Below are positions 51,721 through 64,000 of a stretch of 64,000 bases of DNA, in pieces (positions within the stretch are counted from its first letter, which is position 1; each line of letters begins with the position of its first letter). The notes under the pieces are model-generated. The model was not told the origin of the DNA. It worked only from the letters and a program-made list of their open reading frames with translations, and searched no databases. The translations under genes and the position numbers were made by a program. Source of the DNA: Octopus bimaculoides (taxonomy: Eukaryota). The stretch spans positions 15,723,250-15,787,249 of the forward strand of contig NC_069004.1 in assembly GCF_001194135.2 (NCBI RefSeq), read 5' to 3'.

Positions 51721-52449
51721 CTGCCCTGTCAAGTATTACCTTTCACCTCATTCCTCTAACACCCTGTCCCCTCATCACTCCATCTAAGGCAGCTGAAATC
51801 ATTTGAGAGCAAAATCAGCACATATTTATTTTGCACTGCCAGCCGTCTCATCTCCCTCTAGAACCTTCCTTCCCTTTTTTTCCCTTTCTCTCTTTTCCAG
51901 CTTACATATCTACTGTTATTCTCAATACACTCTCATATCCACCATCATGCCACGTTCGCTATATACACCCTTATATGCCCCCACATTACCCTCTCCATTG
52001 CTCCTACACTTTGCACATCATCTCCCTGCCTTATTTATCCTCCTTCCTGAGTCACTGTTATCTCTCTTACCCTTCCCCCTCTCTGATATTTCCCACCAAT
52101 TGCATCTCTGCTCTTGCACATCATTCCTTTCATCTTCTTTTATCCCCTCTCTAACCATCCGTTACTTTCTCCTCACATCCTTATGAAATTACTCACCCTT
52201 CACCTTCCCTTCATCAACTGACCATATCCTCTCCTATCCTCAGACCTACCTTGAGATTTGCTCTGGCACACCGTCATTACAATCTTTCTTTATTTTCATC
52301 TTCCCAATCCCTACTACCTACCCTTATAATGTGGCTTAGACATGTATCTCCTCTGTAGCATGACACCTGTTCTTGTTGATCTATTATTAGCTTCTCAGCA
52401 CCTGACATAAAGTTGCCCTCCCTCCCACACACACACTTAGTCATGGGGT

Positions 52450-52685
52450 GCTTTTCTTGTTCTTTTCTATCTTGCAACTTACTTGGTAACCTCAATAGTA
52501 CTGGTGATATGAAAAAAGCACTCAGTACACATTGTAAAGTGGTTGGCATTAGGAAGGGCATATAACTGTAGAATACATGTCAAAACTGACAGTGGCATTT
52601 GGTGTGGCCCTGCAGCTTGCTGGATCCTGTCAACCATCCAACTCATTCCAACATGGAAAACAGATGTTAACTGACAATGATAATG
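52450..52685 (+). mobile_element. Repeat family C
   Basis: Same motif as 14070-14260, ending in a (GAT/AAT) tail. Confidence 0.7.
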
Positions 52686-53589
52686 ATTCAACCCCACAAC
52701 TTTCTTGTCAGAACAGTAATGGAGTCATGTGCACTTGAAAACTTCTAACCCAGTCTCTCTACCCGTCACTGAAGAACTTTCTTTTGTGATACTCAATCTT
52801 AATTGAGTGCTTTTTCTTGATCTATAACTGAAATTTTGCAAACTTATTTTACTGAAATTAGTGGGTACCTGTAACCAAAAAGAATTTCAATTCAGGCTGA
52901 GCTATATTTGACCAGTTGCTGCATCTAGATATGGACATAGCTGCTCCAGTATTACATGTGACAAGAAAGAGAAAGAGATAAAAATAACTGGAAATTTCTT
53001 TAAGACAAACTACAAGTTCTCTAACTGTTTGTAAAGTTCCAACCATATGGAAAGTGACATGGTGGTGAAATAGTACTGTAAATAAAACTATTAAAGCTAA
53101 GAGACAACTCTTAGACAGACAAGAAGAAAAGGGGCAGCACCATCAAGTAGCTAAACATCAGATATACTTAGCAAAGGAAGAAACTGAGGTCTCCACATAT
53201 TCTATATCCACATATTCTATATCATGACAATCAGAGGCATGGAGTAATCTAGGTTGCAAAAGAAAATAGGCATTCAGGTAAATATGTTCAGAATGATAAT
53301 GGTAGGTACACTTGCTTTTACTGCTGCTAAAATGGAAGATGCAATTACAGGAGGTTGACTGAGGAGTATACATATGAGAGAGAAAGCTTACCACATGTAG
53401 ATCCAATAAAGGCCTCAGTCATTTAAGTTGAAAGCAGCACTGACACAAGTGAAATGAATATATAAATGGGAGTTATGTTCTCTAAGAACAAAAGTCACAT
53501 GTTAGTCATTCACATAATCAAGGAGGTGTCAGTGATTGGCAAAGCAGTATTACTGTCAACTGCTACTAAGGCAAATGAAATGCACTAGA

Positions 53590-54620
53590 ATGAGGTAATT
53601 ACAGAAACATCAAATTGATGGACCACTTTTACTAAAAGAGTTATAGAACAAACTGATTAGGAACAGAATTAACTTGGATGAGTTGCAATTCAGCCTTATG
53701 GTAAAAAGAGATGCCATTGATCCTCTTTTCATAAGACAGTTGTAAAAGTGGTACTTTAGTAGGTGCAAACCACTATATCTGGCATTTGTCAACCTGAAGC
53801 AGGCATTTACCAGGGGTTCCCCATTCTACATATAGTTCAATGGCTATTAATGAAATCTTGGGTTCATGAATGGCTTGAGAGAGATGTAGATAGGGGGCTG
53901 TCAGTGCACAGTTTTCAACTCTCTTTTAATATTCCAAGTCAAAGCAGAGGAATTTAATTAAGACTAGCTACCCATGGGAATTTTTATATACTGAATCTGT
54001 AGAAGATTTAGCAACAACATTGCAGACCTAGAAGCAAAAAAAAAAATTAAGAGGCCTCAAAGTAAATTTAGCAAGTTAGAAATGGAGTGGTACCCTGTTA
54101 CTGTGAAGAAAATGACCATGCTCAGTATCCAGAAAAAGAGCAAGTTGAAATTTTGTATGGCGTACCAAGTGTAAACTGTGGATGCACAGGAGGGATACCA
54201 CCATCACAAGCAAGCTGACAGTGAACAGATGCACAGAAGTATTTCATAGTTAGAATATACACTATAAATTCTCTCTGATGCTTGGAAGGATCATGCCAAT
54301 GTTAATCAGGTTGCAGAAACTATCTAAATTAACATTGGAGATGATTGGCCTGAAAATTCTACAAAATGGTTCATTCTCAAGTACATTATATGATGCCTGT
54401 GTATGCTCTAAGGTATTAAAATGTGTACCTTGAATGCAGATGATTTGTAAAGACTTGAAAGAGATGAAGCAAGCATTCTCCATTGAATGTGTAATATTAG
54501 CATGCATGAATAACAAGGTACAGTTGAACTGAGAAAAAAGCTGGAAATAAGATTTAGATATAATGTACAAAAGAGAGAACTTAAATAAACAAGGCAATAT
54601 ATAAATGAAGTTTATATGCA
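53590..54620 (+). mobile_element. Highly decayed RTE-like LINE RT fragments
   Basis: ..LDELQFSLMVKR..IDPLF, ..PWEFLYT, ..ACFISFK/ASILH-type RTE motifs with many stops. Confidence 0.5.
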
Positions 54621-54949
54621 CACATTTTTACTTTGGAAATATGAGTCAAATATTACAGCACTGCAAAATGTGTGTGGTTCATTAAGTAGATATTTACTTC
54701 AATATGTAATTTCAATTCAATCACTAATAAGAAATTCAAAATTGTTCCTCTGACAATGAGAATATAAATTCAAATAATGATCTACCTTTTTCTTATCACT
54801 CAAGGTTAGTCAAGGCAGAAAGAGGCTGATGTTTTGTTTGATACTTTTGTGTTTTTTGCTTTTCAATAATCATAGTTTTTGCATCAAAGACTTCTTAGTT
54901 TTTAGTAATTATTTGTTGGTGTAACAATTTATGGCAATATTTAATATAT

Positions 54950-55390
54950 GGATAGAATTTTGCTTTAAGCACGCCATATAACTCCCTCATAACTTTTTTG
55001 AATTTTCAGAAAATGTTTACAAATTTGTATTCTACACATGGGAATTCATACAAATATGAAAAAAGATTTTCTTTTTAATTTAAAAAATTTTTTGTTAAAA
55101 ATTCAGTTTAAAATATGGACAATCCAAATTTTTTGCTTAATCTTATGGGGAGAAAGATATTGAAAAATATCAGAATGACAAACAAATGAGGGTATCAGGT
55201 GGTCATGAGATGTGCTAAAAATAAAAGCTAAATAGCTCTTAAATCACACACAAAAAGTTTTTTTTTTACTTTTGCATAATTGTGTGAATTTCCATGTGTA
55301 GAACACAAATTCACAAAAAGTTTTTGTAAATTCCCCAAAAATAAAAGCTATGAGGCATTATATGGGGTGCTTAAAGCAGAATTCAGCCAA
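54950..55390. mobile_element. MITE-like element with ~120-nt imperfect terminal inverted repeats
   Basis: gaattttgctttaagcacgccatataa.. (54955) is the inverse of ..ttatatggggtgcttaaagcagaattc (55357-55383). Confidence 0.7.
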
Positions 55391-55869
55391 TATAAGTAGT
55401 AAAAGTTGGATGCAGTTTTTTTTCTGGCTTTTTATATTCTGTATTCAAATCCTGTCAAAAGCAACTTTGATTATTCTCCTTTGGGGTCAGTATGAGTCAA
55501 GTAATGTAGACGAAAATATTGACTAACACCCTCCTCTCAAAAATTGCTAGACTTGTGCCTAAATAAGAAACAATCATTATACATACATACACACATATTC
55601 TTTACCTTATTTTAGTTATTGAACTATAGACATGCTGGGGTACTGCCATAAAGAGTTTAGTTGAACAACTTGACCCCAGTAATTATTTTAAGTCTGGTAC
55701 TTAATCCCCTTTTGCTAAATTGCTAAGTTAAGAAGACATAAATAAGCCAAAGCTAGTTGACCAACATTAAGAAGCATACACATATTTTATATGTACGTAT
55801 GCATATATAAATATCAAACAAAGAGAATGAGTACTCAGCATCGCATTGGTGGATAAAGACTATTTGTGT

Positions 55870-56630
55870 ATTAAGGCTACCATTGCTTTCATGTTAAGAA
55901 AATATCTCAACAGTTCTTCAAGCCAGTCACATAGAAAAGTTGGTGTTCATCTCCATTTTGGATTAAAACTCGGGAAGTCACAAAGCCTTTGGTAAACAAA
56001 AGACAAGAAATCAAGAGGGTTGCGACTCTTGGATGATTATCTCCTTTGGGTTTGACTTTTGGAAAAAATTGTGCTGAATGAGAAGTTTGTTTATATTATG
56101 TAATGTCCTCGGTATGTATAATGATTGTATATTTGTGTACTGAGGGATGTGTCTTCTATGTGTGGAGTTCGTATGATGCGTACATTTAATGTTTATGTTC
56201 AGAAAAAAAAAAAAAAAAACCTATCCTGGTTGGATCAGCGGAGTAGATGGTGATTCCTCTTTGAAATGTCAGAGTGTGAAATATTGCTTATGCATGTAAA
56301 GAGAGAAGATTTTATCCCTAATGTTTAAGATGTTATCTTTTTATTGGATGATGTTGAGCTTTTCAGTAATGCAAAGCTCACATTTGGTACCCTGTTCCCT
56401 ATATTTTCTGGCTTCAGTAATAATGTTTCATGTTATCTGGGGGTTACTTACTCCTCCTTTTTTCAATGTCCATATCGTATTGAATAAAGATGCCATATGT
56501 CCTTTTTTTTTTTTTGGTCTCTGAATGATGCTACATGCTGTGTGTCTTTCCTTGAATGAGTTGCCTGTCATTCTGATATATGTCTTTCTTACTCTATTGG
56601 AGTCTTGCACCCTCCACAACTCACACGCTC
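55870..56630 (-). mobile_element. Penelope-like GIY-YIG 3' fragment
   Basis: KTYIRMTGNSFKERH...LFNTIWTLK..ITWNI. Confidence 0.7.
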
Positions 56631-58010
56631 CCACCCAGACATTCCCACCCCTACCCCTACCCCTGAACCATCCACACCTCTACACGCCCCCACCCGGACA
56701 TTCTCACCCCTATCCCCGACTCACCTATCAATTGCAACCTTCCCCCACTCACACCTCCTCTAACGACCTCACTCCCTCCACCACCCTACTCCCATGCACT
56801 GTAGTCACTATACCACTTGACCTTCCCTTGTCTGCTGCCAAATGCTCACTCCTCGGCCTGCAATTGCTCCACAGAATTCATCTCTAAATATCTTGGACCT
56901 CATCCTGTCCCCTTTAGTTACTAGCCTCCCATCCCATATACATGACACCAATCACGCCCTTCATCTTTTCAATTCCTTCATGCTTCCTCTTCACCTTGGA
57001 CATCAAATCCCTATACACAGTGATCCTCCACAACGACGGTTTCTTAGTCTCCCAATACTTCCCCGACCATCGCCCCGACCCCACATACAGCACCTCCACC
57101 CTTCTCCGTCTGGCAGAACTTGTCCTCACTTGACGTTCGCGGGGGAATTTTTTTAACAATAATTGTCTGGCGTCGCTATGGGAATGAGAATGGACCCCAA
57201 TTTCGCCAACCTATTTGTTGGTTACATTGATGCCCAAGTATTCTTCCAATTCTCCTGACCGACCCCAGAGCTACATAGACGATTGAATAAGTGCCACCTT
57301 CCTCTCCCATGAACAACTCTCCACTTTCATCTCTAACTTTGACCCTTCTCTCCAATTTACCTCTACCATCTCCGACACCTCTGTAAACTTCCTAGATATC
57401 TCTCTCACCATTGACCTCCCCTCTCAGGATTTTGAAACCCAGTCCCAGTACCTGGCCCGCCTGTTCATACATCGAGGATATGCATCCCCCGTCGTCCAAA
57501 CTATCCTTTTCTGTGCTCGTCCAATCGCTCGTACTACCACCCTCTCTCCTTCCCAGACTGATCCCCCAACCACATACCCTTCCCCTCCTTTTCCACCCTC
57601 CACCCTACCCATTCGTTGGAGGATCCCACGGGCTTTCCATGGTCTCCATCTTGATCCCACCACCTGCCCCATTTTCCCCAACCCATCTTTGCCCTCCTTT
57701 AAATGCGCCTGTAACCTACGCGATCTACTGGTCCGTAGTACCTTCCCCTCTTCCATCCCAACCCAGTCTGGATCCTTCCCTTACTCTAGATCTCCCTGCC
57801 ACACCTGTCCTTTCATCACCAACACCACCTCCCTCACTACATCCAACCAGCACATCTTCCACATTAGAAACTCCTTCTCCTGTACTTCTTCCAGCCTTAT
57901 CTATTGCATCAGATGTAATCTCTGCAATAAACTCTATGTTGCTCAGACGGGCTGCCGACTGGCCGACCGGTTCACTGAACATCTACGAACACCCCCTATA
58001 GACCCTCTAT
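56630..58010 (+). mobile_element. Second Penelope-like family (RT + GIY-YIG), decayed
   Basis: LFTLDIKSLYTVI, GVAMG..PNFANLFVG, FKCACNLRDLLV, CHTCPF, SCTSSSLIYCIRCNLCNKLYVAQT..LADRFTEH. Confidence 0.85.
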
Positions 58011-58514
58011 AGACTGTTCAGCAACTTTTTCCAATTGTGTATTTTCAGAAATTAGTTTCTTTGATTGTAATGTATAACCAGTAAATCCTGGTTCAAAGAA
58101 ACTAATTTCTAGTCATAGTCCTAAATAGAAAGGCGTCTTATAGTGTCAGCCACGATAGTCTTGACTCAACGTACGTTATTCCAAATGACCGTTCACTCTC
58201 CTCCTTTCCTGTCAAATGCGCATGTTCTTTATATCAAGAGAAGTCATTCGAATCCTAGCACAATTTGCATAACAGTTACAAATCGCTATTATAAATTGAA
58301 CAACGTATAATTTGCATAACAAAAGTGGTATCAAAAAGTTCTCTACCAGTTCTGTAGCACACCAACAAATGGCAGTAAATGGTTGCGTGTGCAGTGAGAG
58401 CAAGCAGTGACCTTCATGAGGCAGTGTGCTAAATGACACCACTATGTTTTCTTCGCAAGTTGTGAAATTTGTGTTTTTGTGATCAAATATATGCTGTAGT
58501 TTGCGATTGTTGTC

Positions 58515-59000
58515 ATGGATAGGAAGTTGGAACAAAGTGCCAATGTGAAACCTTGCATTAAACTTGGGAAGTCTGCTACAAAGACATTGAGTATGCTTCA
58601 GCAAGCTTACAATGGGTCATATGTAATGTTTTGAGTAGCATGGGCACTTCAAAAGCAGAACTTCCCTGGAAGATGTGCCACAAGTGTCAGCCCCAGAAAT
58701 GTGGGGAAAATTCATCAGCTTGTACATGAGAATCATTGGAGGACAGTCAATAAAATTTTGAAGCATTTGAGTGAGGGCATTCCGCAAAAGCAACCAGATA
58801 TGTGGAACATGAAAGATGGGATTCTTCATGACAACAATGCACCCTATCACCGAGTTCTCCTCACTCATAGGTTTCTCGCCAAAGACAACATGATATCACT
58901 TCTGCACCTGCCCTATTCACCAGATTTAGCATCTGTGGACTCCCATCTCTTTCCTAAGATGAAAATGTAGCTCAAAGGTTGCCATTTTAACACTGTTGCC
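58515..59000 (+). mobile_element. Internally deleted mariner remnant
   Basis: MDRKLEQSANVKPCIKLGKSATKT..LQQAY, then HDNNAPYH..LPYSPDLAS.DSHLFPKMK. Confidence 0.8.
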
Positions 59001-60329
59001 GAGATCAAGATTGAATTGCGTAATTTATATATATTTTAGTTAGGTAGTTGGTATTGTACAAAAATATACTCCAGCTAATTGCCAGAAGAATGAATATAAT
59101 AACTTTTTTTGTGCATGTGTCTGTGCTGTAACAAGGTCCCTTCATTGTTCTACAGCTGATAAATTATAATTCTTTCCATAGGACATTCTGAAAATGACCA
59201 TTCCATTAAAATCTGAAATATTTAACACACATTTTGATCAATGTAATGACTCAACTAGACCAGTGCTGGAGTCCACTACAACAAAGCTTCCTAAGTTAAA
59301 CAGTATTGCATTCTGGGTGTGGTGAAAACTTTTATCTCACATCTAGAGACAAAGGGAACAGTGGAGGAGGGGTTCAATAGATGCATCTGTACAGTTTTTA
59401 GTCTTTGTCTCCTATTTTCATATTAGTGTTTAAAAGAAAACTGTAGTGTTAGGATAAATTGCTTTTTAGCCACAATCACAACAGCATCAATATTAACAAT
59501 AAACATCTAAATGTAGATAAGCAAATTAACAAATCTAAATATACACCACATATCTTTGTATTTTATCTTTTATTTGTTTCAATCATTGTTATTGAATGAA
59601 TCAGCCACAGTATTTATTTTATAAGTTTGCTACATATTTTTAAAGTCTGGCACTTATCTTATCATCTCTTTAGCTGAACTGCAAAGTTACAGGGCCAGTT
59701 ATCAAGAAATGGACGAGACAAATACAGATGCAAAGATATACATACATGCACATGCACATGCATATGTGCATAGAATACAGACATACATATTGTTGACATC
59801 ATAAGAATCTATAAACATTTGAAAGAACATGAAATAATTCTTTTTTAGAAAAGTGGATCTTGAAGCACATAAAACTATAAATAATAGCATTTAAGTATTG
59901 GATAGAATGTCTGTCATTTCTACAAGCAATGTGGATTCATATCCCATGAGCAACCTTTGATTTTTTCTATTTAAAAAGGATATTTTTCGACCCAATATTT
60001 ACATCCTATTATTTATAGCTTTATGTGCTTTGAGATCCACTATTCCAAAATGGATACACACACATATATATACATACATATATATATACACACAAGTGAG
60101 CGTGGACAACCAATCTTACTCTAACAACATCATGTGACCCACCTTCTTGTATTTTTTAATCATTTGTAATGTTCCTGGAAAAGGCATCTACATTCACCAA
60201 TGTATGTTACAGTGAAATGCTGGCCAACAAACTGAAACCAAAAATTTGCATCAAATGCCAAGGTCTGTTGACAAAGCAAGTGCCCTTATTGCTTTGATAA
60301 TGCATGCCCACATAGGTCCACCAACACCA

Positions 60330-60600
60330 CTGAAACCATTGAAAACTTGGGTTTCAAATTGCTGTTACAATGAATCCAGATCTATGACTTCTTTGGACTG
60401 CTCAAACATTCTTTGTGAATTTGCTATGGAAGAAGAAGCACAGAAAGTGGTGCATAAATGGCTGTGCAACCAGGTGAAAACCTTTCCCAATGGAGTAATC
60501 AAGTTTGTGGACTGCTGGAAGAAGTGCATAAAGAGGCAAGGAGATTATGTAAAAAAAATGATCTAGCTGTGCTTTTGTTTTAATAAATTAAAGAAACAAG
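60330..60600 (+). mobile_element. Mariner 3' remnant
   Basis: ..AQKVVHKWL..F.NGVIKFVDCWKKCIKRQGDYVKK*. Confidence 0.7.
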
Positions 60601-60665
60601 AGTGCTGTATAATTTTTGACTTAACCTCAAATCTATATATTAATTGAAGTGCACAATATTTTATG

Positions 60666-61116
60666 TCCATTACAGTTGATCTTACCAATCAGTTTCAGAC
60701 TAGGGGTTCAATAGAATGTTGGGTAACAACCTGATTATGTAACCTTGTGCTCTTCAGAGATGGCAGTTATGGAATGAAATATGGTGACTGCTCTCTATTG
60801 TTGGAGGTGAACAGACACATCTAGTTTATAGTTGCAGTGAAAAAGATGATGAAATGAACCATGTACGGGTTAAGTTAAGAGTTATGTCCCTTGGTACCAA
60901 AGGACATAACTCTTAACCTTTGTGTGGTTTCATCATCTTTTTCACAGAAAGCACAAACAAGATGTGTCTGTTCACCTCCAACAATAGAGAGCAGTCGCCA
61001 TATTTCATTCCATAACTGTCATCTTTGAAGAATGCAAGATTACATAATTGGGCTATCATCCAACACCCTGGTGAACCCCCAGTGCAAAACTGATTGGTAA
61101 GACCAGCTATAATGGA
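60666..61116. repeat. ~450-nt spacerless imperfect palindrome centred on TTGGT/ACCAA (60895/60896)
   Basis: Arms can be followed from the centre out to cattacagttgatcttaccaatcag / ctgattggtaagaccagctataatg. Confidence 0.85.
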
Positions 61117-61232
61117 TATATAATACTGTACACTTTGATTAATATGCCCACTCTATTGGCAAATATACAAGTGCATATCTTTTCTGACTTATAGATTCTT
61201 GGATGTCTATACACACACGTACGTGCGTGCGT

Positions 61233-61272
<40 letters not shown>

Positions 61273-61486
61273 ACACAATTATATTTAAAACACCATATTT
61301 GATGGCATATAAGATGCAGTTTTTCCTCAAAAAATGTCTCCAAAAAATGACCCTGGGTCTTATATGTAAAGTTGGGTTTCCTATAAGCTAATTTTGTCTT
61401 TGATACTGTTTTTCCTGGATATGTGCTGCAGAAATTGGAGTGATATTAATATACCAGTACATCTTTTATGCCACCAAATTCAGTGA

Positions 61487-61526
<40 letters not shown>

Positions 61527-62157
61527 TACATACATATATATGCATATATATATATACATACGCAGACACACACACACACTCTCACATATATACATTCATA
61601 CATATATGCATAAACATATAATATAATATTAAAATACATAGATATGTGCAAATAATGGCTGTGGAAAGTGAATTTGCCTTGCGGCCTCATGGTTCCTGGT
61701 TGATCTTTCATGGCACCTTGAACTGTCTTTTTTTTCTAATAATGTTCACTGATAGCTTGTGCATGGAATTTGCTTCACAAAATCTGTGCAAAAGACCTCT
61801 GTGTTTACAGACACACACACACAAATGTATATATATATTCATACAAATCATGTTACCCTGAGGAAGCTCCCTCATTACAGTTGTTTGCTCCCAAGTCAGT
61901 CATATGAAGAGATATATCATTATTAAAAAAATAACTTTCCAGCTGTGACTATGTAATCTTCATTCTTTTCACCATTTGACAGCTGAGTTATGTTTCAAAG
62001 TATGTCAACCAATATTCAAAAGATTACAATAGCTGGTTTGGCACTAAAAGAGACACATTTTCTACATTTGAGTTGAACATAGCATTTGTTAGGAGTTTTA
62101 GATTTAATAAAAATTATACTATTTGTATGAAAAATCTACTTTAGATTTTTGCTTCCT

Positions 62158-62202
<45 letters not shown>

Positions 62203-62582
62203 NNNNNNNNNNNNNNNNNNNNNNNNNNNNNNNNNNNNNNNNNNNNNNNNNNNNNNNNNNNNNNNNNNNNNNNNNNNNNNNNNNNNNNNNNNNNNNNNNN
62301 NNNNNNNNNNNNNNNNNNNNNNNNNNNNNNNNNNNNNNNNNNNNNNNNNNNNNNNNNNNNNNNNNNNNNNNNNNNNNNNNNNNNNNNNNNNNNNNNNNNN
62401 NNNNNNNNNNNNNNNNNNNNNNNNNNNNNNNNNNNNNNNNNNNNNNNNNNNNNNNNNNNNNNNNNNNNNNNNNNNNNNNNNNNNNNNNNNNNNNNNNNNN
62501 NNNNNNNNNNNNNNNNNNNNNNNNNNNNNNNNNNNNNNNNNNNNNNNNNNNNNNNNNNNNNNNNNNTATGATAATAATAATA

Positions 62583-63290
62583 ATTTCCAATTCTAGCCAT
62601 AAGGGCAGCTTGTGTGTAGGGGATTAAGTCAATTACATCGACCCCAGTGTGTAAATGGTACTTATTTAATCGACCCCAAAAGAATGAAAGGAAATTTCAA
62701 CCTTGGCAGAATTTGAACTCAGTATGTAGCGATGGGTGAAATACCACTAGGCATTTCGCCCAGCGTGCTAATGATTCTGCCAGTTCACCATCTTTATAAT
62801 AATCCTTTCTACTATATTTATAAGGCCTGAAATTTTGAACGAGGAGGCCAGTCAATTAGATCAACCTAGTACGCAACTGGTACTTAATTTATTGACCCCG
62901 AAAGGATGAAAAGCAAAGTCAACCTTGGTGGAATTTGAATTCAGAACATAGCAACAGGTGAAATACCACTAAGCATTTCATACAGTGTGTTAGCAATTCT
63001 GCCAGCTTTCCCAGTATGTAATAATAATAATAATAATAATAGTTTCAAATTTTGGTACAAGGCCAGTAATTTTAGGAATGGGGTAGAGTTGATAATATTG
63101 ACCCCTGCTTCCCCAAGCTCAACAACTACTATATTTTATCGATCCTGAAAGGATGAAAGGCAAAGTTGGTCTTAGCAGAATATGAATTTAGAATGTAAAG
63201 AGCCTGAAAAAATATTGGCACAGAGCCAAAAATTTGCGAGAGGGGTGTTAGTCAGTCACATTTAACCTGGTATTTAACTGGTACTGTAAT
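62583..63290 (-). mobile_element. Stack of three to four family-A SINEs separated by (AAT)n
   Basis: Units at ~62583-62792, 62802-63010, 63041-63200 and a partial copy at 63215-63285. Confidence 0.8.
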
Positions 63291-63370
63291 AATCATAACA
63301 ATAATTTCCAGGTAATGCTCATTGCCTTAATAACAAAGATAATACTGATTCTTTTTGTAAAAATCATAAA

Positions 63371-63442
63371 TTTCCACAAGGAGAATCAAACCCCAGTCAC
63401 CAGCATGACAACCAGGGATTCTTATCACTGTACTACCAAACG
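63371..63442 (-). pseudogene. tRNA-Asp(GTC)-derived pseudogene or SINE head
   Basis: - strand TAGTACAGTGATAAGAATCCCTGGTTGTCATGCTGGTGACTGGGGTTTGATTCTCC aligns with the eukaryotic tRNA-Asp body, mostly by CpG-type changes. The acceptor and anticodon stems no longer pair. Confidence 0.6.
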
Positions 63443-64000
63443 CTTTGGTAGAGCCATTAAAGTCACTTATGAAATTACAAATTGTTATATTCACAATTTT
63501 TCTTATTAATACAGTCCATGTCAATCGCTAAAGCTAGGGTCACTGGATAGTACTGCACCCTCACTATTCAATGGTGCACCCTCTGATTTAGAAAATACAG
63601 TTTACAAAATCTTCCAGCAATACAAATTAGTGCCCATCCAGAATATTCCAAAGCATCCCCAGGCACCAAAGTTTGGCAACAGGCTTGATACAGTCTGTTA
63701 TGAAGGGTCAAAAAGTTTTGCTGCACTTCTTCAACTCATAATTCCACTCTGCTTTTGTATATTATTAAGAAATAAATAAAAAGTGAATATTTATCAGTTT
63801 ACTTGTGTTTCTAAATAGATACTGGGGCTCTTCTGTTATGGAATTGTTTTGGTTTCAACACAATCTCAGAACAAGTCACTTGTCATCATACAAATATAAC
63901 TCTGATATCTACAATAATTTTGGCTTCTAATGGTGAAGGCTGCTCTTGGAATATTAAAACTCATGGACAGCTGTTAAAAAGTAAAGATATGTGTTGTTAT

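Noticed and set aside
53158-53250. Possible terminal exon of a convergent minus-strand gene (ttttgcaacctag / LLHASDCHDIEYVDIEYVETSVSSFAKYI*)
   Set aside because: No recognisable homology and no upstream partner exons found. The DIEYV repeat is a 15-nt local duplication.
56525-58001. Pro-rich ORFs (56525, 56842, 57411)
   Set aside because: Alternative frames of the C-rich Penelope-like element.
63513-63780. ~85-codon open frame behind an acceptor-like site (..APSLFNGAPSDLEN..)
   Set aside because: It resembles the CR1-type LINE C-terminal P.LFN.LP motif and has no donor or partner exons, so it is more likely a TE relic.

Overview
AT-rich, repeat-dense eukaryotic scaffold with six N-gaps. It is most likely an octopus/coleoid cephalopod, inferred from the SINE/LINE repertoire rather than proven. 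The only supportable host gene is the 3' part of TRAPPC9 (NIBP/Trs120) on the + strand: 13 coding exons from 5959 to the stop at 50263. Their splice phases chain into one open frame that aligns, from recalled sequence, with the C-terminal half of human TRAPPC9. The 5' exons lie upstream of the window. One intron (37928-41416) has U12 minor-spliceosome signals. Introns and the downstream region are filled with decayed transposons: mariner, piggyBac, a probable Chapaev-type element, Penelope-like elements, Tx1/L1, RTE, CR1-like and R4/Dong-like LINEs, and several tRNA-derived SINE families. The best leads are: the U12 intron; a circularly permuted ~256-nt repeat carrying a minimal hammerhead-ribozyme fold (retrozyme/Penelope pLTR-like); a mariner TIR that creates a competing splice donor; a CRE/ETS-motif island with a strong donor inside an intron; a dense cluster of fold-back elements and an interstitial TTAGGG array in one intron; and AAT-microsatellite-targeted retroelement stacks. 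TE boundaries are approximate. No searches were run.
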